NCBI RefSeq assembly: GCF_006345805.1
Contig: NC_043025.1
Span: 7,440,001-7,504,000 of the forward strand
Direction of reading: 5' to 3'
DNA: 64,000 nt
From: Octopus sinensis
Taxonomy: Eukaryota
The notes under the pieces are model-generated. The model made no database searches. It saw only the letters and a list, made by a program, of their open reading frames with translations, and was not told where the DNA came from. Numbering within the stretch: the stretch's first letter is position 1; every line of letters begins with the position of its first letter. The position numbers were made by a program, and so were the translations under genes. Positions 12,405 to 25,648 of this stretch are shown here, one piece after another.

Positions 12405-12954
12405 GTAAGAGTTCCATTTCTTATCTGATTCTCTTTGATATTTGCATATCTCTATATAAGTATAAAAATGGAACACAAACGCAAAACGTCCCTTTTTTTT
12501 CCCTTTTTTTTTCTCCTCCTCTCTTCCCTTCTCCAAACTCACAGGCACCCCCCCCACACACACACACCTCCACAAAACAATCATAAAAAGAATTCCTCTT
12601 CTCTAAACCCAAAAAACCATTTGACCATCCCTCATTAAACACACACACACACACACACACACACTCTCTCTCTCACAATGATAAAAAGAAATATAATTTA
12701 TGGTCTACCTCCCCGCCACCACACACTCAATAACACTATGAACTGGTCAAAACTGAAATTCTTTTTCCCCAAGATCTTAGACTCCCCTTGGACGGTTTCT
12801 TGGCGTATAGGTTCCCCACCTGGACGGGACGCCGGTCTGTTTCAGGTGAGCTGCAAGATGCATGTTTATAAGAATTTATAAAGAATCTTATGAAAATATA
12901 CAGTATGTGTAATTAGTATGTAATCCACATTTAGTGTTACCTTCATACTTTCAG

Positions 12955-13075
12955 GCCAGCACCTCAGGAAAAGTTCCAGATTGATCCATTAACGCTACAT
13001 ACAATACGTCTGCTTCAACACATTCGGAAGATGAAGAACCTCATACAACAAGTGACAGTCCAACATGAAAATGCC
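12955..13075 (+). CDS. SUPT7L: SUPT7L coding exon 2 (PAPQEKFQIDPLTLHTIRLLQHIRKMKNLIQQVTVQHENA)
   Basis: Phase 2 to 0; matches LTIHTIQLIQHNRRLRNLI of SUPT7L. Confidence 0.92.
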
Positions 13076-13186
13076 GTTAGTATCTTTGACCGTTTTTTCG
13101 TAAAATAATTCTACATAGGGAATTTATAGGTGCAGGCACGGCTGTGTGGCAAGAAACTTGTATGGGTTGGATGCGTGGAGGCACAT

Positions 13187-13999
13187 CAGTTCCTAACACT
13201 TAAAGGGAGCTGGGTCCACCTGGGTCATAGCTCATAGATATTGTTATTCAGGGCCCATTAGTTCCTAACTCTTAAAGGGAGCTGGGACCACCTGGGTCAT
13301 AGCTCCTAGATATCCTCCTTCAGGGCTTATCAGTTCCTAACACTCAAAGGGAGCTGGGCCCACCTGGGTCATAGATCCTAGATATCCTCCTTCAGGGCTT
13401 ATCAGTTCCTAACACTCAAAGGGAGCTGGGCCCACCTGGGTCATAGCTCCTAGATATCCTCCTTCAGGGCTTATCAGTTCCTAACACTCAAAGGGAGCTG
13501 GGCCCACCAGGGTCATAGCTCCTAGATGTCCTCCTTCAGGGCTTATCAGTTCCTAACACTCAAAGGGAGCTGGGCCCACCAGGGTCATAGCTCCTAGATG
13601 TCCTCCTTCAGGGCTTATCAGTTCCTAACACTTAAAGGGAGCTGGGCCCACCTGGGTCATAGCTCCTAGATATCCTCCTTCAGGGCTTATCAGTCCTAAC
13701 ACTTAAAGGGAGCTGGGCCCACCTGGGTCATAGCTCCTAGATATCCTCCTTCAGGGCTTATCAGTTCCTAACACTTAAAGGGAGCTGGGCCCACCTGGGT
13801 CATAGCTCCTTATATATCCTCCTTCAGGGCTTATCAGTTCCTAACACTTAAAGGGAGCTGGGCTCACCTGGGTCATATCTCCTAGATATCCTCCTTCAGG
13901 GCTCATCAGTTCCTAACACTTAAAGGGAGCTGGGCCCACCTGGGTCATAGCTCCTAGATATCCTTCAGGGCTTATCAGTTCCTAACACTCAAAGGGAGC
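13187..13999. repeat. 72-bp minisatellite x ~11
   Basis: Head-to-tail units cagttcctaacac...cagggcttat with no spacers. Confidence 0.95.
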
Positions 14000-14234
14000 A
14001 AAATTTCATCTGTCTTTATGTTCTGAGTTCAAATTCCGCTGGTGTCAACTTTGCTTTACAACCTTTGGGGGTTAATAAGACAAGTACCAGTTGAGCATTG
14101 GGGGGGGGGGGGGTCGATGTAATCCACTTACTCCTTCCCCAAAATTGCTGGCCTTGTGCCAAAATTTGAAGACATTATGATATGATTTCTCTAATTGAAA
14201 ATTTTATGTGTATTCTTTGTCTGGCATTTTGCAG

Positions 14235-14350
14235 AAACCTGATGCCGAGTTGACGTTTCCTCCTGCTTTACCAGTTCCAGAATATTCTGGGCCAGACAGC
14301 AAACCAAAAGTCACAAAACCATTTTCTCATATGCCTTACACCCGTGAGAG
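14235..14350 (+). CDS. SUPT7L: SUPT7L coding exon 3 (KPDAELTFPPALPVPEY...MPYTRE)
   Basis: ttttgcag acceptor and AG|gtaggt donor; phase 0 to 2. Confidence 0.9.
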
Positions 14351-14448
14351 GTAGGTCATAATCACCATCATTATCATTGTCATCCTTATCATCAGAATTT
14401 TCATCGTTTTTATTATCAACATCATTGTTGTGATCAGGGCCAGATTAA

Positions 14449-14914
14449 CCCTTTCGTTACCAACCCGGCTGAAACCGGCTCTGGCTCTGAGTACAAATGT
14501 CTTGTTTTCATAAGTTTTGAATTAAAATCTTCCACCAAACCTTAGTCACAATTTATGTTCTTAACACTAGCTTAATGATAACTAAGTTATTTTACTAAAT
14601 TCTTTGTTATATTTAAAATTAATTGAAAGAAACACAGAGCATCTCAACAGAAATATGGTAACAAAAGGGTTCAAGTCGCCATGATATTTTTAACCCTTTC
14701 GATACCAACCTGGCTGAAACCACCTCTGGTTCTGTTGTACAAATGTCTTGTTTTCATAAGTTTTGAATTAAAATCTTCCACCAAACCTTAGTCACAATTT
14801 ATGTTCTTAACACTAGTTGAATGATAACTAAGTTATTTTACTAAATTCTCTGTTATTTTTAAAGTAATTGAAAGAAACACAGAGCATTTCAACAGAAATA
14901 TGGGAACAAAAGGG
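14449..14914. mobile_element. Two adjacent piggyBac-like MITEs (14449-14669, 14694-14914)
   Basis: TTAA|CCCTTTCG...AAAGGG|TTAA ends; more copies at 48795-49015 and ending at 49311. Confidence 0.7.
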
Positions 14915-15317
14915 TTAAGAACCATCGAGGCCCTAAGCACTGAAAAAATTTTGGTTTCCCCATAAAAGATTTTGTGATTCGAAATAGAAACAAATAACAA
15001 ACCATGAAATAAATCCTTATTTTTCAAAACGAAACAAAACAGTAAGAGGGAAAATAAGGTTTAATTTTGTCTCCTTCCATTTTATTTATATTTGCAAGGT
15101 CTTTATTCTGTTAGTTATTTCAGTCATTTGACTGCGGCCATGCTGGAGCACCACCTTTAGTCGAACAAATTGATCCCCCCCCCCCCCCAGGACATATTCT
15201 TTGTAAGCCTAGTACTTATTCTATTGGTCTCTTTCACTGAACCACTAAGTTACAGGGACATAAACACACCAACATTGGTTGTCAAGCGATGAGGAGGTAC
15301 AAACACAGACACACATA

Positions 15318-15895
15318 CAGGGGTTGGACAAAATAATGGAAACACCTTAAAATTTCAAACAGATTTATTTTAATATAGGGCAGGACTGCCTTAGGCAGTA
15401 ATTACAGCTTGAATTCTATGAGGTATGGACTCATACAAAGTTTGAATTGTTTCCAAAGGAATTTTTGTCCATTCTTCAGCTAAAACAGTCTCCAGTTCTT
15501 GTAGTGATGATGGCAAAGGATGTTGACTCCTTACTTGTTTTTCTAAAATGCACCATAAATGTTCAATAAGATTGAGATCTGTGGATTGTGGTGGTCAGGT
15601 AAGATGTTCAGCTTCACTAGAATGTTCCTCGTGCCATTCAGTAACAACTTTAGCTGTGTGAATTGGTGCATTATCATCCTGAAAGATTGCGTTTCCCTCT
15701 GGAAACAGTTCCGCAACCATAGGATGAATTTGATCAGATAAAATGCTTAAATAGTCTTGACTATTTATTCTGCCATGAAGGGAAACCATTGGGCCAGTGG
15801 ATTTCCAAGATATAAACCCCTCCCATCAGATCATCACAGATCCTCCTCCATGTTTAACAGTTGGAAGAAGGCAGTCTGGGTCAAAATTAATCTTA
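15318..15895 (-). pseudogene. 5'-truncated Tc1 (DD34E) transposase remnant with 3' TIR
   Basis: TVKHGGGSVM, FQDDNAPIHTA and PPQSTDLNLIEHLW motifs with in-frame stops; TA-flanked TIR CAGGGTTGGACAAAATAATGGAAACACC. Confidence 0.9.
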
Positions 15896-16455
15896 GGTAA
15901 CACATTTGCATCTATACTTAGTAGAGATAAAGGCATCCCGAATATTATTTTAGCAAGTTTAAAGTGGCTTCTTTTGTGCCATGAACCATTTACCATTCAT
16001 GTGGTACTCCCCTCTTTCTCTTGATGCCCTAAGCACATGCTTATTTTGCATAATGGTTTATCCAGTGCTGGTCACGATGATGGTGATGATGGCATGTAAA
16101 AAGCACCTTTCGTCATGGGTCCTCATGGAGGCCATGTGGCCGATGCCAGTGTCGTGTAACCAGCAACCATGCCAGTGGCCTGTAAAAAGCATCCTTCAAG
16201 TTTTGGGCCTCAGGGAGGCAATGACAAATGGCCAAGACCTTTGGCAATATGCTGTGCTTGAGAGGTGAAATTGTAGTCATGGCAGATACTGGTGCCATAT
16301 AAAGCACCCATTACACTCTTGGAGTGGTTGGTGTTAGCAAGGGCATCCAGTGGGACTGAAACCGGAACCATGTGGTTGGTAAACAAGCTACTTACCACAC
16401 AGCCACTCCTGCACCTATCTATTGTTATTATTGTTGATTTTCTTTTGTTTTGCAG

Positions 16456-16565
16456 TGATTTTGTCCGAGGAATTGGCGAGGAACCACCTATTATCGACAG
16501 CGTAGCATGCAGGAAACTGCTGCGACGTTCCGTGTCTGCAATATGTGCGCACATTGGTTTCGAGA
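16456..16565 (+). CDS. SUPT7L: SUPT7L coding exon 4, start of the histone-fold (bromodomain-associated) domain
   Basis: SDFVRGIGEEPPIIDSVACRKLLRRSVSAICAHIGFE, compared with SDFYRGKGE...SCRQLLYQAVATILAHAGFD; phase 2 to 1. Confidence 0.95.
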
Positions 16566-17072
16566 GTAAGTTTGTTTCTATCCTTCAGATTTTTACTTCT
16601 TTCAGTCATTGGACTGTGGCCCTGCTGGGGCACCCCCTTGAAGATTTTCTTCAAACAAATTAACTCTAATACTTACCGTATTTTCTGGCGTACGAATCAA
16701 AATCTTCAAAATTAACACACACACGATCGTGGCCATTTGCCAGCCTTGTCTGGCACCTGTGCAGGTGGCACATAAAAAGCACCCACTACACTCACGGAGT
16801 GGTTGGCATTAGGAAGGGCATCCAGCTGTAGAAACACTGTCAGACCAGACTGGGCCTGGTGCAGCCTTCTGGCTTCCCAGGCCCCAGTTGAACCGTCCAA
16901 CCCATGCTAGCATAGAAAACGGACGTTAAACACACACACGCCCACAAATATCTAGTAATCTTTTCCATGTCTCAGTCACGAGGCTGTGGCCATGCCAAAA
17001 ACTACTATGTTAAATGCAGCAGGATATAGAAAAATTGTGATGATAATACACTTCTATATTTAAGAGAGTGAA

Positions 17073-18950
17073 GGCGTGTGGCTCAGTGGTTAGAGCGTCG
17101 AGCTTACGATCGTGAGGTTGTGAGCTCGAATCCCGGACCGGGCTGCGTGTTGTGTTCTTGAGCAAGACACTGTATTTCACGTTGCTCCAGTTCACTCAGC
17201 TGTAGAAATGAGTTGCAACGTTACAGGTGCCAAGCTGTATCGGCCCCTTTGCCTTTCCCTTGGACAACATCGGTGGCGTGGAGACAGGAGGCCGGTATGC
17301 ATGGGTGGCTGCTGGTCTTGCATAAACAACCTTGCCCGGACTTGTGCCCCGGAGTGTATCTTTCTATTTACTATTGATGGAGAAGGCGCATAACTGAGTG
17401 GTTAGAGCATCGAGCTTACGATCATGAGGTTGTGAGCTCGAATCCCGGACCGGGCTGCGTGTTGTGTTCTTGAGCAAGACACTGTATTTCACGTTGCTCC
17501 AGTTCACTCAGCTGTAGAAATGAGTTACGACGTCACTGGTGCCAAGCTGTATCGGCCCCTTTGCCTTTCCCTTGGACAACATCGGAGACGGGAGGCCGGT
17601 ATGCATGGGTGACTGCTGGTCTTGCATAAACAACCTTGCCCGGACTTGTGCCCCGGAGTGTATCTTTCTATTTACTATTGATGGAGAAGGCGCATAACTG
17701 AGTGGTTAGAGCATCGAGCTTACGATCATGAGGTTGTGAGCTCGAATCCCGGACCGGGCTGCGTGTTGTGTTCTTGAGCAAGACACTGTATTTCACGTTG
17801 CTCCAGTTCACTCAGCTGTAGAAATGAGTTACGACGTCACTGGTGCCAAGCTGTATCGGCCCCTTTGCCTTTCCCTTGGACAACATCGGTGGTGTGAAGA
17901 GGGGAGGCCGGTATGCATGGGTGACTGCTGGTCTTGCATAAACAACCTTGCCCGGACTTGTGCCCCGGAGTGTATCTTTCTATTTACTATTGATGGAGAA
18001 GGCGCATGGCTCAGTGGTTAGAGCGTCGAGCTTACGATCATGAGGTTGCGAGCTTGAATCCCGGACCGGGCTGCGTGTTGTGTTCTTGAGCAAGACACTG
18101 TATTTCACGTTGCTCCAGTTCACTCAGCTGTAGAAATGAGTTGCGACGTCATAGGTGCCAAGCTGTATCGGCCCCTTTGCCTTTCCCTTGGATAACATCG
18201 GTGGTGTGGAGAGGGGAGGCCGGTATGCACGGGTGACCTCTGGTCTTCCATAAACAATCTTGCCTGGACTTGTGCCTGGGAGGGTAACTTTCTAGGTGCA
18301 ATCCCATGATCTGTGTTGTGACCGAAGGGGGTCTCAGATATATATATATATGTATGTATGTATTCCCGGACCGGGCTGCGTGTTGTGTTCTTGAGCAGGA
18401 CACTTTATTTCACGTTGCTCCAGTTCACTCAGCTGTAGAAATGAGTTGCAACGTTACAGGTGCCAAGCTGTATCGGCCCCTTTGCCTTTCCCTTGGACAA
18501 CATCAGTGGAGTGGAGACAGGAGGCCGGTATGCATGGGTGACTGCTGGTCTTGCATAAACAACCTTGCCCGGACTTGTGCCCCGGAGTGTATCTTTCTAT
18601 TTACTATTGATGGAGAAGGCGCATGGCTCAGTGGTTAGAGCGTCGAGCTTACGATCATGATGTTGTGAGCTCGAATCCCGGACCGGGCTGTGTGTTGTGT
18701 TCTTGAGCAAGACACTGTATTTCACGTTGCTCCAGTTCACTCAGCTGTAGAAATGAGTTACGACGTCACTGGTGCCAAGCTGTATCGGCCCCTTTGCCTT
18801 TCCCTTGGACAACATCGGTGGTGTGAAGAGGGGAGGCCGGTATGCACGGGTGACCTCTGGTCTTCTATAAAACAACCTTGCCCAGACTTGTGCCTCAGAG
18901 GGTAACTCTCTAGGTGCAAACCCATGGTCAGTGTCTGACCGAAGGGGGTC
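17073..18950 (+). repeat. Tandem array of ~6 tRNA-derived SINE units (304-312 bp period)
   Basis: Heads at 17073, 17385, 17689, 18001 and 18618, partial unit at 18364; shared ~30-bp linker. Confidence 0.9.
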
Positions 18951-19444
18951 ATCATCATCATATTTAAGAGATGAGGAATTATGTACATTATTTACATTAT
19001 TTACATTCGACAGATATTTGTCCTCATCTTGTTTGTTGTTAACATAACGTTTTAGCTGATATACCCTCCAGCCATCTTCAGGTGTCTTGGAGAAATTTCA
19101 AAACCTGGGTTCTCATTCCTAAGGTATTTTTCAATGTTGTTGTTGTTATTATTATTATTATTATTGACCGTTGCCAGCCTCGTCTGGCCCCCGTGCTTGT
19201 GGCACGTAAAAAGCACCATCCAATCGTGGCCGTTTGCCAGCCTCGTCTGGCACCTGTGCAGGTGGCACGTAAAAAGCACCCACTACACTCACGGAGTGGT
19301 TGGCATTAGGAAGGGCATCCAGCTGTAGAAACACTGCCAGATCAGACTGGGCCTGGCACAGCCTTCTGGCTTCCCAGACCTCAGTTGAACTGTCCAACCG
19401 ATGCTAGCATGGAAAACGGACGTTAAACGATGATGATGATGATG

Positions 19445-19475
<31 letters not shown>

Positions 19476-19617
19476 GTATTGTTGTTGTTGTTATTCAAGT
19501 CACTGCCTGGAATCAAACTTGGAATCTTGCACGTGGGCATAGGGCGTAGTGGTTAAGAGCGTGTCTACTAACCCCAAGATTCCGAGTTCGATTCCAGGTA
19601 GTGACCTGAATAATGAT

Positions 19618-20030
19618 ACTCTTTACTCTTTTACTTGTTTCAGTCATTTGACTGCGGCCATGCTGGAGCACATCCTTTAATCGAGCAACTCGACCCTAGG
19701 ACTTATTCTTTGTAAGCCCAGTACTTATTCCATCAGTCTCTTTTTGCCGAGCCGCTAAGTGACGGGGACATAAACACACCAGCATCGGTTGTCAAGCAAT
19801 GCTAGGGGGACAAACACAAGACACACAAACATACACACACACACATACACATATATATACATATATATGACGGGCTTCTTTCAGTTTCCGTCTACCAAAT
19901 CCACTCACAGGGCTTTGGTCGGCCCGAGGCTATAGTAGAAGACACTTGCCCAGGGTACCACGCAGTGGGACTGAACCCGGAACCATGTGGTTCGTAAGCA
20001 AGCTACTTACCACACAGCCACTCCTGCGCC
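19618..20030 (-). mobile_element. SINE family 1, full copy
   Basis: Matches the family sequence. Confidence 0.85.
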
Positions 20031-20270
20031 TAATATTAATAATAACATAGAAAAATGATGAGGATGATGCTGGTTGCTATTTCTAGGAAATCAAGCGATA
20101 GGAAAGGTCCAGTGTTAGCTTCTGGTGTTGGTGCCTTGTTGTTAGAACTCAGGGAATTCAATTTTACACTGATGACCAACACAGATTTTGACTGTTATTT
20201 CTAGCTGGTCAAGTCACTGGTTCAACTTGTAGTGTTGTTGATGTCGTTGTTGTTGTTGTTGTAATTTCAG

Positions 20271-20392
20271 ACTCCAAAGAATCGTGTCTCGAGCTCATGA
20301 CCGACATCGTCCAAGAATACTACAGCCGCATCATGAAACACATGCGGTCAGCTGTGGACAACCAACTGCTGCATGAACAGATCGGCTTTCCT
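20271..20392 (+). CDS. SUPT7L: SUPT7L coding exon 5 (NSKESCLELMTDIVQEYYSRIMKHMRSAVDNQLLHEQIGFP)
   Basis: Phase 1 to 0; histone-fold helices match ESVLETLTDVAHEY...QTPFP. Confidence 0.95.
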
Positions 20393-21116
20393 GTAAGTGT
20401 TTTGCTTTATCTCCAAACCCCTCCCCGCCCACCAAGCACACGCAGGTTTATTCAAACACACCCCCTGTTCTTGAGTCAAGTACGTCAACACCAACAGCAA
20501 AATAAAAATCGTATAGACACACACACACAGACACATACACACAATAGGTCTTTTTTTCAATTTTCCTCTGTCAAATCCAATTTCATGGCTTTGGTTGGCC
20601 CAGAGCTATGGTAGAAGAAACTTGCCCAAGGTGCCTCAGAGTGGGACTGAACCTGGAACCGTGTGCTTCAGAAGCAAACTTCTTAACCATACAGCCACAT
20701 CTGTGCCTATATTCTCTACTCTTTTATTCTTTTACTTGTTTCAGTCATTTGACTGCGGCCATGCTGGGGCACCTCCTTTATTCGAGCAAATCGACCCCAG
20801 GACTTATTCTTTGTAAGCCCAGTACTTATTCTATCGGTCTCTTTTGCCGAACCGCTAAGTTACAGGGACGTAAACACACCAGCATCGGTTGTCAAGCAAT
20901 GCTAGGGGCACAAACACATACACACACATACATATATATATATACATATATACGACAGGCTTCTTTCAGTTTCCGTCTACCAAATCCACTCACAAGGCAT
21001 TGGTCGGCCCAGGGCTATAGTAGAAGACACTTGCCCAAGATGCCACGCAGTGGGACTGAACCCAGAACCATGTGGTTGGTTAGCAAGCTACTTACCACAC
21101 AGCCACTCCTGCGCCT

Positions 21117-21169
<53 letters not shown>

Positions 21170-21186
21170 TTGCATATTTCCTGCAG

Positions 21187-21374
21187 GACGTTGTTGAGCA
21201 AGTCTTCCATGAATGTGGTGTCGGCAGTGTGACGGAACTCCATGATTTCTATCAGAACCGCGTCCTTCGTTACCATGACAACATGCTACAGCAGTCGCAA
21301 CAATTGGTCTCGGAATACGAGAAGTTGAAGCAGAGTGGTGGCCCCAAGCCAGCAGAGACCTTCACTTTGATCAG
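21187..21374 (+). CDS. SUPT7L: SUPT7L coding exon 6 (DVVEQVFHECGVGSVTELHDFYQNRVLRYHDNMLQQSQQLVSEYEKL...)
   Basis: Phase 0 to 2; matches DVMEQVFHEVGIGSV...QLSEEYERI. Confidence 0.97.
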
Positions 21375-21639
21375 GTGAGAAGCCCTTTATTTATTTATTC
21401 ATTCATTTATGTTTTATAGTTTACCTTTTTCTTGTTTCAGTCATTAGTAGGTGGCCATGCTGGGGCACTGCCTCAAAGAGTTTTAGTCAAGCAAATTGAC
21501 CCCTGTGCTTATTTTGTTTCTAGAGTTTGGCCCCTTATTCTACTGGTCTGTTTTGCAGGACTGCTAATGTTATTGGGACATAAACAGCAATTATTAAACA
21601 ATGTTGGGGGAGAGGGACAGATACAACATATAGATACAA

Positions 21640-22610
21640 GCACGCGGAGTTCTGTTCTTGATTCGACGGTCATTCGGAATGCTCACAGGAGCCATATTCC
21701 TACCGCTCTATGTCATGCTGGGGAGACCCATATTGGAGTACGTGATTCAAGCCTCTTCTCCTTATCTCCTCAAAGACATACAGCATCTCGAAAGAGTCCA
21801 GAAGCTGGCTACCCGCATGGTTCTTGGTCTCAAGAATTTGTCTTATGAAGAAAGGCTGAAGACGCTCGACCTTTATTCTCTAGAAAAACGCTGCCGCCGT
21901 GGAGATCTCATTCTTGCTCACAACATCATAAGCGGAAAGTGTAGCCTCTCGAAAGAGCTGTTCTTCACTCCTGCTCCAGAGTGTCGACTGCGGGGTCATT
22001 CCGAAAAGCTCTATCTGCGATGATTTCATCTCAATCGAAGGAGAGGGGCTTTCTCCGTCTGGGTTGCGGATCCGTCTGGAAGCCATTCAGCGACGTGCAA
22101 CCAAAAGAATACCCTCCATCAGGCATTTGCCATATTCTGAACGCCTTACTTCCCTGGGCATGGACACATTGAAATCCCGACATCTGGCAGCTGACTTTGC
22201 AGACACCCATAAAATTATTAACCATCTTACTAACAATAACTCTGACCACCTTTTCAAACTCCACCTGTCTAACAGCCGTGGACATGTTTACAAAGTCAGA
22301 AAACAGCACAACTCCATGACTTTCGGAAACATTTTTACACGCTAAGAGTTACTGAAGCATGGAACAAACTGCCGGCATCAGTTGTTAGTTGTCGGAGCAC
22401 TGCATCCTTCAAAACTTCCATGCTTTCTGAGATTCACCAACACTACACCTGATTTTCTCCCATCCATACACACACAAGCATGTATCTGACTCATACACTG
22501 TTCACTTCCCAGACATTTGTACATTACTGCATGTACTTTATATGCACTTTCTGACAAGTTGTGGTGCACCTGAGCACTGTATACAATAATTTCATTATTT
22601 TTAAAATAGA
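21640..22610 (+). mobile_element. Two abutting 5'-truncated CR1-clade LINE fragments
   Basis: RPILEY...LERVQKLATRMV.GL..LSYEERL and LEAIQRRATKRIP...YSERL C-terminal motifs, then a 3' UTR tail. Confidence 0.85.
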
Positions 22611-22859
22611 ACTTGTTCACTCTTAGAATTACTAGATACCTGGCAGTATTATGGTATACTACCAATTGTGAAAAATAAAAAGGAAACATTTTTTCACACT
22701 GAGAGTTGCTGAAGCATGGAACAAAGTGCCGGCATCAGTTGTTAGTTGTCGGAGCACTGCATCCTTCAAAACTTCCATGCTTCCTGAGATTCGCCAACAC
22801 TATACCTGATTTTCTCCCCTCCATACATACACAAGCATGTATCTGACTCATACATTACT

Positions 22860-23624
22860 CTTTACTCTCTTTTACTATTTTACATGTTTCAGTCATTTGA
22901 CTGCGGCCATGCTGGAGCACCGCCTTTAGTCGAGCAACTCGACCCCGGGACTTATTCTTTGTAAGCCCAGTACTTATTCTATCGGTCTCTTTTGCCGAAC
23001 CGCTAAGTTACAGGGACGTAAACACACCAGCATCGGTTGTCAAGCAATGCTAGGGAGACAAACACAGACACACAAACACATACACACACATACATATATA
23101 TATATATACATATGTACGACAGGCTTCTTTCAGTTTCCGTCTACCAAATCCACTCACAAGGCATTGGTTGGCCTGGGGCTATAGCAGAAGACACTTGTCC
23201 AAGATGCCATGCAGTGGGACTGAACCCGGAACCATGTGGTTGGTTAGCAAGCTACTTACCACACGGCCACTCCTGCGCCTATATATATATACATATATAC
23301 GACATGCTTCTTTCAGTTTCCGTCTACCAAATCCACTCACAAGGCATTGGTCGGCCCGGGGCTATAGCTGAAGACACTTGCCCAAGATGCCACACAGTGG
23401 GACTGAACCCGGAACCATGTGGTTGGTTAGCAAGCTAGTTACCACACAGCCACTCCTATATATATACGACGGGCTTCTTTCAGTTTCCGTCTACCAAATC
23501 CACTCACAAGGCATTGGTCGGCCCGGGGCTATAGCAGAAGACACTTGCCCAAGGTGCCACACAGTGGGACTGAACCCGGAACCATGTGGTCGGTTAGCAA
23601 GCTACTTACCACACAGCCACTCCT
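22860..23624 (-). mobile_element. SINE family 1 with triplicated tRNA-like head
   Basis: One body plus three ~175-180-bp head units in tandem. Confidence 0.8.
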
Positions 23625-23644
23625 GAGCACTGTATACAATAATT

Positions 23645-23675
<31 letters not shown>

Positions 23676-23722
23676 ATATGCACACATACATTCTCTCTCT
23701 TTCTTTCTATCTCTTTCTTCAG

Positions 23723-23814
23723 AATCCGAGACGAACCCAGTTCTGACATCCAGTTCCCAGAATTAGAAGAAAAAGACGACGTCGTGGACACTGAACACTT
23801 GCTACACCTAAAGG
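23723..23814 (+). CDS. SUPT7L: SUPT7L coding exon 7 (RIRDEPSSDIQFPELEEKDDVVDTEHLLHLK)
   Basis: Phase 2 to 1; matches KIKEEPVSDITFP. Confidence 0.9.
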
Positions 23815-24556
23815 GTTGGTACCTTGTCCAGTTGCTGTTGTAGTTGCCGTACTAAGTGGTAGCACTTGTGTTGTTGTATCGGTCATCAGCATCCGGTCAA
23901 TCTGCTTCTGCAGATTCCTGTAACGCCCTGTCGCCATGCACTTCTGGCAGTGCAGCACGAAGCATTACCAAATGCACGCAAAAAACTACGTTTATGTGCA
24001 TCATTATGCAGAAGTATATATATATATATATATTTCTTTACTGCCCATAAGGGGCTAAACATAGAGGGGACAAACAAAGATAGACATAGGTATTAAGTCG
24101 ATTACATTGACTCCAGTGCGTAACTGGTACTTAATTTATCAAACCCCGAAAGGATGAAAGGCAAAGTCGACCTCAGCGGAATTTGAACTCAGAACGTAAC
24201 GACAGACAAAATACCTATTTCTTTATTACCCACAAGGGGCTAAACATAGAGGGGACAAACAAGGACAGACATAGGTATTAAGTCGATTACATCGACCACA
24301 GTGCAAAACTGGTACTTTATTTATCGAACCCTGAAAGGATGAAAGGCAAAGTCGACCTCGGCGGAATTTGAACTCAGAATGTAACGACGGACGAAATACG
24401 GCTACGCATTTCGCCCGGCGTGCTAACGTTTCTGCCAGCTCGCCGCCTTAAATATATTTATACCAACAAGCAATTGTTTTGTTTATATGTATCCCTCTCT
24501 ATCAATTTCTCTCACTCTCTCTCTCATTCTGTCTCTCTTTTTATTGCATCTCACAG

Positions 24557-24662
24557 ATCTCACAGCGTATGAAATCACTGTTGAACAAGAACCAGTCACG
24601 GGCCTAACCACAGACATAGATTCAAAGATTGCCTCCAACATCAAATCAGAAAATGATGTCAG
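24557..24662 (+). CDS. SUPT7L: SUPT7L coding exon 8 (DLTAYEITVEQEPVTGLTTDIDSKIASNIKSENDV)
   Basis: Long pyrimidine tract and AG|gtatgt donor; phase 1 to 2. Confidence 0.85.
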
Positions 24663-24827
24663 GTATGTACATTACCTGGAGGTGGTGCTCCAGCATGGTT
24701 GTAACTGTGAAATTGATTTGGGTGTGTAGAAGGTGATGCTGTGGCTGTGTTAGGGCAAAATCCCCCGAGGACAAAAATCTCCCCTGGACAAACTTTACAC
24801 AAAAATATCAACTAATAAATATTAAAA

Positions 24828-25138
24828 GTGGTTGTATACTGTCAACTTAACGTGACAGTCCCATAAGGGAATTACACCACCGCTATTTAGCCCTAGGAAG
24901 CATCGCCGCCTCTTTCGGCCTTGACACATTTCCTGTGTCCTTATATATTTACGAAGGGGAGACAAGCACCCCCAACAGCTAGGCCTGCTGGGGAGGGGGG
25001 GTGTTTGTCTCCCCTTCGTAAATATATAAGGACACAGGAAATGTGTCAAGGCCGACAGGAAGCGTCGATGCTTCCTAGGGCTAAACAGCGGTGGTGTAAT
25101 TCCCTTACTGTCACATTAAGTTGACAGTATACAACCAC
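24828..25138. mobile_element. Foldback/MITE with ~140-bp arms, inside a larger TIR element (~24750-25298)
   Basis: Near-perfect inverted repeat; the two opposite-strand ORFs are nearly identical. Confidence 0.8.
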
Positions 25139-25312
25139 TCTATCGCTCCACCACCGTACATATCTCAATGAGATATTTAGAAATTTAATATTTCTAATAT
25201 TAAAAGTTTTTCTTTTAAAAATTTCACCTGAGAATATTTTTATTGTAAAGAAAGAACAATATTCTGGGGTATATTGAGTACCGGGGATTTTGTCCTAGTA
25301 CCTATATATAAA

Positions 25313-25580
25313 TATATGTAGAAAAATACAAACTGGGACAAGAACGCAAAACATTTAGAAGACGATACAAAAAACACGGACGGGACATTCGAAGCCTTCA
25401 ATCTTCAGTCAAGAACCGGATCATCCTTGCAATTTCGGCTGATTAATCTTGCGATCGCTCCGACCTGGCTGATCCGGTTCTTGACTGTAGATTGAAGGCT
25501 TCGAATGTCCCGTCCGTGTTTTTTGTATCGTCTTCTAAATGTTTTGCGTTCTTGTCCCAGTTCGTATTTTTTTACATATA
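25313..25580. mobile_element. Inverted pair of a Penelope-type terminal repeat (single copies at 1115-1240 and 36695-36915)
   Basis: Arms of ~100 bp are reverse complements around a ~45-bp spacer; the Penelope assignment is inferred. Confidence 0.55.
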
Positions 25581-25612
25581 TATATATATAGCGGCGCCCG
25601 TACCCTTTTGGT

Positions 25613-25648
<36 letters not shown>

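Noticed and set aside
13187-13999. CRISPR-like regular repeats
   Set aside because: No unique spacers, no cas genes, eukaryotic intron.
17073-17145. tRNA genes at SINE heads
   Set aside because: No proper acceptor stem, and each continues into a SINE body.
23914-24010. Extra exon after exon 7
   Set aside because: No convincing donor; exons 7 and 8 already join in phase.
25480-25520. Hammerhead in the inverted Penelope-type pair
   Set aside because: CUGAAGA-like words are present, but there is no GAAA and no stem I pairing.
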